From: Croceivirga sp.
Lineage (GTDB): Bacteria; Bacteroidota; Bacteroidia; Flavobacteriales; Flavobacteriaceae
Reading direction: 5' to 3'
Assembly (NCBI GenBank): GCA_965230555.1
Contig: OZ246014.1
Coordinates: 3,091,119-3,155,118, forward strand
Length of the DNA stretch: 64,000 bases
Below, one piece after another: positions 37,183-44,488 of this stretch; within the stretch, counting starts at the first letter, position 1; every line of letters starts with the position of its first letter. A program made the translations under genes and the position numbers. Under the pieces are notes generated by a model. The model worked only from the letters and a program-made list of their open reading frames with translations. It was not told the DNA's origin and searched no databases.

Positions 37183-37647
37183 CTAGGTCTGTTCAAAAAT
37201 CCTTAGGATATCACCGTTCAACTCCGTCATAAAAATTTTTAACGGATTTGAAGTCGTATTCAAATTGAGCGAAGTACCGTCTTGGGCAAACTTTGAACTG
37301 TGGGTCGTACAAAAGAACACCCCACCGTCATTTGAACTGAAGGTAACCGCTTCGGTTCCCTCATGGCTACAGATCTTACTGGCAGCCACCAGTTCCCCTT
37401 CTAGGTTTCTGGCCACTATAATATCAAAATACTTGAAGTCAGGATTTGATTTCAACGGAATCCACCCTCCGTTATTCACCAGTGGGGCCGCTTCGGGTGC
37501 GCTAAGATCAAAAGTAAAATCGATTTCCGTTGGTTCCGGAAAAGTTTCTAAGTCCTCACCATCTTTTGAACATCCATTTACGCAGGGAAACATTAGTGCA
37601 AATGCCGCACCGGCACCCATTGAGCGCAAAAATTCTTTTCTTTCCAT
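37183..37647 (-). CDS. Rieske [2Fe-2S] domain lipoprotein
   Basis: Tat-like n-region MERKEFLRSMGAGAAF, lipobox VNGC, Rieske ligands CSH-x17-CTTH. Confidence 0.8.
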   Translation of the reverse strand: MERKEFLRSMGAGAAFALMFPCVNGCSKDGEDLETFPEPTEIDFTFDLSAPEAAPLVNNGGWIPLKSNPDFKYFDIIVARNLEGELVAASKICSHEGTEAVTFSSNDGGVFFCTTHSSKFAQDGTSLNLNTTSNPLKIFMTELNGDILRIFEQT

Positions 37648-37696
37648 AGCATTATTTTTTCTTATTAAAATAACGCAATAAAAAGTTCATTTCGTA

Positions 37697-38878
37697 TCAA
37701 GAATAGACGAAGTTTCCGTATTCGCTGTTGATGGTCAGCTTTTTGGAATCTGAAGTTTCCACCCTGCCCACAATCTGGGCATCTACATCAAAGCTTTGGG
37801 AAATGGCTATCAAATCTTCGGCAATGGCACTGTCCACATACATTTCCAATCGATGGCCACAGTTAAAGACCTGGTACATTTCCTTCCAATCCGTACCGGA
37901 TTGTTCCTGTATCAATTGGAACAAGGGCGGAATGGGAAACAGATTGTCCTTTATAATATGAAGGCCCTCTACAAAGTGTAATATCTTGGTCTGTGCCCCC
38001 CCACTGCAATGCACCATACCATGTAGGTGTTCCGAAGAATAGGTTGAAAGGATTTTCTTTACAATGGGCGCATAGGTACGCGTGGGTGACAAAACCAATT
38101 TACCGGCATCCAAAGGAGAACCTTCTACGGAATCCGACAATTTTTTACCTCCGGAATACACCAACTCCTTGGGCACGGCAGGGTCAAAGCTCTCTGGATA
38201 GCTATCTGCCAGATACTTGGCAAAGACATCATGCCGGGCAGAGGTTAATCCGTTGCTGCCCATACCTCCGTTGTACTCCGTTTCATAAGTCGCCTGCCCA
38301 TAGGAAGCCAAGCCCACAATGACATCCCCAGCCTTAATGTTGGCATTGTCTATGACATTGCTTCGTTTCATCCGTGCGGTCACGGTAGAATCTACAATGA
38401 TCGTTCGGACCAAATCGCCCACGTCGGCCGTTTCTCCGCCCGTAGAATGAATGGTAATCCCATGCTGCTTTAAATCGGCAATCAGTTCTTCGGTGCCATT
38501 GATGATGGCCGAGATTACCTCACCCGGTACCAAGTTCTTGTTGCGGCCAATGGTTGAGGACAGCATGATGTTATCCGTGGCCCCCACACAGATCAAATCA
38601 TCAATGTTCATGATCAGGGCATCTTGGGCAATGCCCTTCCAAACGCCCAGATTCCCCGTCTCTTTCCAATACATATAGGCCAAGGAGGATTTGGTACCGG
38701 CTCCATCGGCATGCATGACCAGACAGTGGTCTTCACTGCCCGTAAGGTAATCCGGCACTATTTTACAGAACGCCTTGGGGAACAACCCCTTATCGATGTT
38801 CTTGATGGCATTGTGCACATCTTCCTTTGAGGCCGAAACCCCCCGTTGGGCATATCGTTTGCTCGAATCTGAGGACAT
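37697..38878 (-). CDS. purM: Phosphoribosylformylglycinamidine cyclo-ligase (AIR synthase, long Bacteroidetes type)
   Basis: 393 aa; RGVSASKEDVH, HADGAGTKS, DDLICVGA, GGETAD blocks. Confidence 0.75.
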   Translation of the reverse strand: MSSDSSKRYAQRGVSASKEDVHNAIKNIDKGLFPKAFCKIVPDYLTGSEDHCLVMHADGAGTKSSLAYMYWKETGNLGVWKGIAQDALIMNIDDLICVGATDNIMLSSTIGRNKNLVPGEVISAIINGTEELIADLKQHGITIHSTGGETADVGDLVRTIIVDSTVTARMKRSNVIDNANIKAGDVIVGLASYGQATYETEYNGGMGSNGLTSARHDVFAKYLADSYPESFDPAVPKELVYSGGKKLSDSVEGSPLDAGKLVLSPTRTYAPIVKKILSTYSSEHLHGMVHCSGGAQTKILHFVEGLHIIKDNLFPIPPLFQLIQEQSGTDWKEMYQVFNCGHRLEMYVDSAIAEDLIAISQSFDVDAQIVGRVETSDSKKLTINSEYGNFVYS

Positions 38879-38977
38879 ATTGGAATTTTGGGCAAAAATA
38901 GGGAATTGAAAAGGAGGAATTAAAAATTGAAATTTAAAAGTGTAAAATGCTTATTTTACATCTATCAACCATAAAAA

Positions 38978-39748
38978 ATGAAAGCAAATACCATCTTACT
39001 ACCTTTTTTGGCATTCGTGATTTTCAGTTGCAAAAACCATAATCAAGAAAACCCCCAAACTTGGCACACCAAGCAAAAGGCCATAGCGAACGAAGTGCAC
39101 AACCAACTGTTGGGCATTGAAAAAGAACAGGGCTGGCAGTTACTGTTTGATGGCAAAACCCTTAACGGTTGGCATTTGTACAACAAACCGGATTCCACCA
39201 AATTTTCTGCATGGAAGGTGCAAGACGGCATGCTTTTCTGCAACGCCTCCGATGAAAGTAAGATCCATGGCGACTTAATCACTGACACCGAGTTTACAAA
39301 CTATGAACTGTACTTTGAATGGCGAATCCCGGATCGTGGCAATAGTGGCGTATTCATCAACGTACTGGAAAAACCGGAATTTGCCAACACCTACCAAACC
39401 GGGCCGGAATACCAATTGTTGGGTGCCGGCCATATGGATTATGGCGTGCCCACCAAAAGACCCGGTTGCCTGTATGGTTTTCTGCCCCTGCAAAGCGTGG
39501 CCGAAGTAAAGCCTTTGGGGCAATGGAACACTTCCCGCATTGTACAACAAGATGGCAAGGTTGAATTTTACCTTAACGGAATCCTCACCGCCAAGGAAAA
39601 TTTTTCTTCCCCAGAATGGAGGGCCAAAATTGCTGCTTCCGGTTTTGCCGGTCAATCTGGATACGGTCGGGCTACCCAAGGTAAGATAGCCCTACAGAAC
39701 TGGTATTTTGAGGTTTGGTTCAGCAATATAAAACTCAAGGAGCTTTAA
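38978..39748 (+). CDS. DUF1080-family (3-keto-disaccharide hydrolase-like) lipoprotein
   Basis: Lipobox IFSCK; GWQLLFDGKTLNGW, NSGVF, GPEYQLL, GKIALQNW...FSNIKLKEL pattern. Confidence 0.8.
   Translation: MKANTILLPFLAFVIFSCKNHNQENPQTWHTKQKAIANEVHNQLLGIEKEQGWQLLFDGKTLNGWHLYNKPDSTKFSAWKVQDGMLFCNASDESKIHGDLITDTEFTNYELYFEWRIPDRGNSGVFINVLEKPEFANTYQTGPEYQLLGAGHMDYGVPTKRPGCLYGFLPLQSVAEVKPLGQWNTSRIVQQDGKVEFYLNGILTAKENFSSPEWRAKIAASGFAGQSGYGRATQGKIALQNWYFEVWFSNIKLKEL
39704..39748 (+). repeat. Left copy of a 45-bp direct repeat (last 14 codons plus stop of the DUF1080 gene)
   Basis: TATTTTGAGGTTTGGTTCAGCAATATAAAACTCAAGGAGCTTTAA; 42/45 identical to 46071-46115. Confidence 0.9.
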
Positions 39749-39784
39749 TCGTTAAAATATTGATCCCCGCCCACTTCAAACACC

Positions 39785-41311
39785 CTATTCCCAGTAAGGC
39801 ATAAAAGCCCCCGTAAATAAAATCTCAGAAAAAACAGAATCATCGTCCCTAATTTGTGTGCGTTGAACAATCCTCTCTGAGATATCATCATTTGAAGTCC
39901 TTACATAGATCACATAACCATCATTGGGTGCATATTTGGGATCCAAATCGTTTTGGCCAGTTGGTTTTTCTGTATCCAACTCCTTTGATTCGCCTGTTAG
40001 GAAATCGTACTGAAAAATTCGGTTGTCCAACCTCCTGTATTCTTCATTTTCTACGCCAGATACATCCCTTGAGTATAAAAGCCGATTTCCATCCAATGAA
40101 AAATCCAACCCATCAAAAGCACCTGCCACACCTTCAATCAAAACCTGTTCTCCAACACCAGTTTCTGGATTGACAATTCGAATTCGCACATTGTACCCCT
40201 CTACATCATTTGTCTTTAGTGCCAATAAACCCGATACCGGGTTTACCGCAACCTCAGAAATAAATTCACCACTTGGCGTTTCATAGACCAACCTATTGGC
40301 AGAACCATCAAGACTAATTTCATACAACCTATTAAAATTGGGATAGAAAATTTTGTTTCCTTGCTTATTCCAAGCAAATTCAATTTCATCCAATTTAAAT
40401 CCAGCGATTTGAGTAGATTTTGTCAGTTGTTGCTTATTGGTCCCATCAAAACCCATCAGGAAAATATGGGATTCACTGCCATCAAACCCTATATAGGCAA
40501 TCTTATTTGCCGTATTGTTGGCCTTTGGCCTAAATGAATTTTTATTGTTTTCCGTTAATTGTACAACATTTTGGTTTATATCTTCTTCCAACGGCCCCAG
40601 TGGTTCATTGCCCGAAAAAACGGCCTGATTATCATTGGTGCTTTTTACAAAAAAATAACGGTTGTCACTTACCCCTTGAACCGTAAAGCTTGAAAGTTCA
40701 CTCAATACCGTGGCATTCACACCATCATCTGCGGTAATTTGCCAAAAATATGTTTTGCCTATCTCCAAAGCGCTTACGGTAAAAGTCGTATCTGGAATCT
40801 CTTGAAAAAACTGCGTCGCTCCTTGTTCCCCTTGTCTTAATTCTAGCGCATACTCAATTTCGTCATCATCATTTTTTGCCGAGGTCCATAAAAATGCAGG
40901 AGATCTTTCCACCCCCAAAGCCCCATCTTCTGGAAAAAGTAAGATTGGCCGTTTTGGCAAGAGATTATCTGCTTCCAAACTGTCCAATTCTATAACAACA
41001 CTCACCGTATTCCCTTCTAAGATGTTCGCCGGTTCAAACGCTGTTTTATACTCCTTCTGCTCGGCTTGTACCGAATATTCCCCAACACTTATTTCATCAA
41101 TACTAAAATCCCCATTCACATCGGTAAAAACAGTGGTTGAGGCAGGGTTGGTGGTAATCTTTACATTTTCTATCGGGGTGTTCAACCCTTTGGATACCAC
41201 CTTGCCTTCTAATTTTCCAGTTTCCAAATCACCAATTGTTTCCTCCTCGCATGAAACTGACCATATAACAATAAAGGCCAATACCAATTTGTAGATCTCT
41301 TTAAAATGCAT
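39785..41311 (-). CDS. Lipoprotein with a carboxypeptidase-regulatory-like domain, an Ig/FN3-like domain and a TolB-like beta-propeller; last gene of the curli-type operon
   Basis: Lipobox WSVSC; GKVVSKGLNTPIENVKITT...TDVNGDFSI; W-x-x...TYFWQITADD module; C-terminal PD40-like repeats. 11-nt overlap with csgG. Confidence 0.6.
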   Translation of the reverse strand: MHFKEIYKLVLAFIVIWSVSCEEETIGDLETGKLEGKVVSKGLNTPIENVKITTNPASTTVFTDVNGDFSIDEISVGEYSVQAEQKEYKTAFEPANILEGNTVSVVIELDSLEADNLLPKRPILLFPEDGALGVERSPAFLWTSAKNDDDEIEYALELRQGEQGATQFFQEIPDTTFTVSALEIGKTYFWQITADDGVNATVLSELSSFTVQGVSDNRYFFVKSTNDNQAVFSGNEPLGPLEEDINQNVVQLTENNKNSFRPKANNTANKIAYIGFDGSESHIFLMGFDGTNKQQLTKSTQIAGFKLDEIEFAWNKQGNKIFYPNFNRLYEISLDGSANRLVYETPSGEFISEVAVNPVSGLLALKTNDVEGYNVRIRIVNPETGVGEQVLIEGVAGAFDGLDFSLDGNRLLYSRDVSGVENEEYRRLDNRIFQYDFLTGESKELDTEKPTGQNDLDPKYAPNDGYVIYVRTSNDDISERIVQRTQIRDDDSVFSEILFTGAFMPYWE

Positions 41312-42707
41312 TTTTTGGTCTATATTTAGTTATACTTTTTCCTAGTTTTATTTCAAGGCCCAGGCCAAAATTGTAATAAAAATCATCTCTTTTGCCATTG
41401 ACCACATTATCTACAGCATCACTTGTTGTAATGTTGTTCTCGGCAAAAACAGTGAGAAACGTTTTCTTTCCGACCCTATATTTTAAGCCGAGGCCGTACT
41501 GCAGGTTTATTCCGGATGTAGATTCACTTAAGCCCGGTTCTTCAGATCTAATGTCTGCCAGCCATCCTGCCCCTACATACACCGTTGGGGAAATCCTTTC
41601 ATAAGGCAACATGTGGTACTTTAACTGAACATTCCCAGCCATATACTCCTTATAAAAACCATTGCCAGAAGTAAAATAATGGTAATCCCCAACAATGCCG
41701 GCACTCCAATAAGGTGAAACAAATTTTTGATACCCCAATCTAAATCCAGCCCCCATACTTTTATCTGAAAAATCTCCATTGAACAGTGGTGAAGATAAAA
41801 ATGCGGTAACGCTCTTGGGGTGGTATTCATAATTCTGGTTCCTATTGAACAATAGCCTTGATTCTTCCTCGGCTTTGTTGGCCCTATACATTTCAACCAA
41901 AGTCTCGTCTAGCCGTCCGCCCTCTTTGGATTCCCATAGCCCTCCTTCTATTCCTTCAATGATCAATGCCTCTACCGCATTCTCAATGGCGCTTTGTATG
42001 GCCAACTGAATAGGCTCGTTCTTGGTAATTCCTGTTTCCACTTCCAACAATCGTTGAAAATTCACATACCGAAACAAACTCGCATCCAGCGCCTGCGACA
42101 ATATAGTTTTGGAAACGTATACGGTCTTTAAAATCTTACCATTTGAGGTGGATACCGCACGCAGGTATATGGTAATACGGTCTTGACGGTATTGGGTAGA
42201 TCCCCCTACCCCAAAATACCTTGCCCCATACCCCCCGGTAATTATATTTGAATCGTATGATATGATCCCCCCTTCCAAGAGTATTCCGGCAAAAAGTAAG
42301 GGCGGCAAATTGGGCTGTCCTTTTTGTGCCCCTTCATATTCTGTCCTTGTGGATCGTATGATGTTTCTTTCATTGAGGAGATTGGAAAGATTTTCGCGTT
42401 CTATGGGCGTAAACCATTTACTGTCCTCCAAAGCTTTGATCAACATGGTTGTTGCCCCTTGGGGAACGGCCGTGCTAAATGTGCTGCCGTTTTCTACATT
42501 CTTGTATTGTCCCGTTTGATCCTTAAAATTATAGACCCCCACCACAACGGGCTCTTTAGGTTCGGGCAAGCTTCGTAAAGATTTGGTGAAGGGTGTTGTT
42601 TCTCCCGTGCGTGGTGGCATAACGGTTGTTGGCTGGTTAAAATACGTTCCACAACTACCACACAATGCTACACTTACAAGCAAAAGCGCTTTTTTAAGAT
42701 ACTTCAT
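41301..42707 (-). CDS. csgG: Curli secretion channel CsgG homolog with a C-terminal ~200-aa beta-barrel extension
   Basis: Lipobox LCGSC. VGVYNFKDQTGQYK, STAVPQGATTMLIKALEDSKWF, LSNLLNERNIIR, GGYGARYFGVGGSTQYRQD and GITKNEPIQLAIQSAIE match E. coli CsgG blocks by eye. Confidence 0.85.
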   Translation of the reverse strand: MKYLKKALLLVSVALCGSCGTYFNQPTTVMPPRTGETTPFTKSLRSLPEPKEPVVVGVYNFKDQTGQYKNVENGSTFSTAVPQGATTMLIKALEDSKWFTPIERENLSNLLNERNIIRSTRTEYEGAQKGQPNLPPLLFAGILLEGGIISYDSNIITGGYGARYFGVGGSTQYRQDRITIYLRAVSTSNGKILKTVYVSKTILSQALDASLFRYVNFQRLLEVETGITKNEPIQLAIQSAIENAVEALIIEGIEGGLWESKEGGRLDETLVEMYRANKAEEESRLLFNRNQNYEYHPKSVTAFLSSPLFNGDFSDKSMGAGFRLGYQKFVSPYWSAGIVGDYHYFTSGNGFYKEYMAGNVQLKYHMLPYERISPTVYVGAGWLADIRSEEPGLSESTSGINLQYGLGLKYRVGKKTFLTVFAENNITTSDAVDNVVNGKRDDFYYNFGLGLEIKLGKSITKYRPKNAF

Positions 42708-42727
42708 TAAGTTATGATTAAGGGCAA

Positions 42728-43123
42728 TTAATTGGGTATGATGATCTGGGTCTGTTCTCCTGTACCCGTATCAAGAATGTTTACCACCAAACCCTCTGAT
42801 GACTCAAAAATCTCCAACAACAATTCCCCAACAGTGAATGTACCGGGCTCAAGTGCTTCGCCCAGTTGGGAATCAAAGACCGAACGGGTAAGGCGGCCCA
42901 ATACCTGGCGGTTTAGGCTTTCCTGAAACTCCTCCAATTCTGAGCGCTCGTTGTTAAAAGAACTGCTCTCTTGAAATGAATTTTGGGCATTGGCAGAACT
43001 CAACAACCACTGGTAGTTAAAGGTATTGCCACCAAAGTTTGGGTTCTTTGGACTATATACCAATTGTTGCCCATAGCTAAGGGAACAGCAACATAAAAAA
43101 GAAAAAAGAAGGATCGCTTTCAT
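42728..43123 (-). CDS. csgF: Curli assembly protein CsgF homolog
   Basis: 131 aa, signal peptide. YSPKNPNFGGNTFNYQWLLSSANAQN compares with E. coli [26 protein letters not shown]. Confidence 0.8.
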   Translation of the reverse strand: MKAILLFSFLCCCSLSYGQQLVYSPKNPNFGGNTFNYQWLLSSANAQNSFQESSSFNNERSELEEFQESLNRQVLGRLTRSVFDSQLGEALEPGTFTVGELLLEIFESSEGLVVNILDTGTGEQTQIIIPN

Positions 43124-43126
43124 AGG

Positions 43127-43888
43127 TTAGTATTTAATTAAATCTTGTTGAACGGCCCTATTCTGTCTAAAATAATAGTTTAACCTAGATACAGAATTCA
43201 TGGCCATGTCCTTTAAATAAGTGGCTCTCGGATTCACAAAAAATTGACTTACCAAATCGTTGCCGGCAAAAATCTTGATCATGGTATTGCCCCCAATGGC
43301 AAGCTCTTCGGATATTTTTACAATTTTTTCCCCATTTATGTTCTGTGCATTGTACTCCAGAAAGAAGTACTGATAAAAATCCCTTCCGGGTTTTGTCTTG
43401 GTATCTTCCACAACCACCCCCTGCATTAAGTTGACTTCGTTTTGGGTAGCCTTACTGATATTTTGTTGGTTTTGCCTCTTCACAGATGGCAGTGTACCAT
43501 CTTCCCCATCCATTCCATTGATCACTATACGGTCTTTGCCAATGGGTTTTCCTTCATCATAAACGAGCAAAAAGACAATAATTCGTTGATTGTCCTTGGG
43601 TATGATTTTAGCACTTGTGAGATTAATTTTCTCGTTGGGTTTTAAAACAAAAAAGTCTTTATGTTCAAACTTTTCTTCGGCTAGATTGGCCGTAGCCTTT
43701 TTAATGATCTTGGATTCATAATCCAAACTCTTGTCTATCTGCGTTTTGTTGAAGGCAGAAAAAAAAATTTCATACACCTCTCCTTGGACCTTAACATCTA
43801 TTTTGGCCTCTATATCTGCATTGAATATCTGGGCCAACACCAAGAACGGACACATTAAAAAAAATAATGGCACAACGCTTTTGAACAC
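43127..43888 (-). CDS. csgE: CsgE-domain protein with an extra ~140-aa N-terminal domain
   Basis: C-terminal GVVVEDTKTKPGRDFYQYFF...IKIFAGNDLVSQFFV compares with E. coli CsgE GLLTDHTVSSIGHDFYRAF...ITVNQDVIFQTFL. Signal peptide present. Confidence 0.65.
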   Translation of the reverse strand: MFKSVVPLFFLMCPFLVLAQIFNADIEAKIDVKVQGEVYEIFFSAFNKTQIDKSLDYESKIIKKATANLAEEKFEHKDFFVLKPNEKINLTSAKIIPKDNQRIIVFLLVYDEGKPIGKDRIVINGMDGEDGTLPSVKRQNQQNISKATQNEVNLMQGVVVEDTKTKPGRDFYQYFFLEYNAQNINGEKIVKISEELAIGGNTMIKIFAGNDLVSQFFVNPRATYLKDMAMNSVSRLNYYFRQNRAVQQDLIKY

Positions 43889-43903
43889 AAGACAACCTAT
43901 TGC

Positions 43904-44413
43904 TTAGTTGGTATTTCTAATGATAACGGACTGTGAGCCGGTCATTTGTATCTTCATCTTATCTATAAGGCCATTTTGCCCATGGATCACCAAATTTTGA
44001 CCATCACCTATTTGTTCTATATCCCTTTGCAGCAGTTCCTTGTTGGCAACCGTATTAAACTCCAAGAGATAATTATTATTTCCATTTTGCAGCACAGCGT
44101 AATCTATACGGTCTGCACTCAGGGTTAAGTCTATACGGTTGGCATTGCCCCGTTGGTCCAGCACAATTCCGTTGTTACTGCCAAACGTCCTTAAATCTAC
44201 CCTGTTGCCATCACCTACCTGCTTAATAAAAGCACCTGGGGTAGCTACCGTCAAATCTAAATCGGCTTGTTCCACCAGTGTGTAATCAAGCAAATTCACT
44301 TGGGGCGGTTCCACCGCTTCCCCACTTGCTTCTTCGTTTGTTATGATGCCTTGGGCATGTACCACAGCGACAAAGAGAAAATGTAGCAGGCCTACAAAAA
44401 ATAACTGTTTCAT
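43904..44413 (-). CDS. Minor curlin-repeat subunit (CsgB-like candidate nucleator)
   Basis: Signal peptide from MKQLFF. 4-5 units of Q-x-G-x-x-N (IKQVGDGNRVDL, LDQRGNANRIDL, VLQNGNNNYLLE, IEQIGDGQNLVI). Confidence 0.6.
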   Translation of the reverse strand: MKQLFFVGLLHFLFVAVVHAQGIITNEEASGEAVEPPQVNLLDYTLVEQADLDLTVATPGAFIKQVGDGNRVDLRTFGSNNGIVLDQRGNANRIDLTLSADRIDYAVLQNGNNNYLLEFNTVANKELLQRDIEQIGDGQNLVIHGQNGLIDKMKIQMTGSQSVIIRNTN

Positions 44414-44488
44414 ATCCAAATTAAACATTGTTAAGGGTGCAGAAAGAGAAAGTTTTTCCACACCCCTTACAATTAATTACTGATTGTT

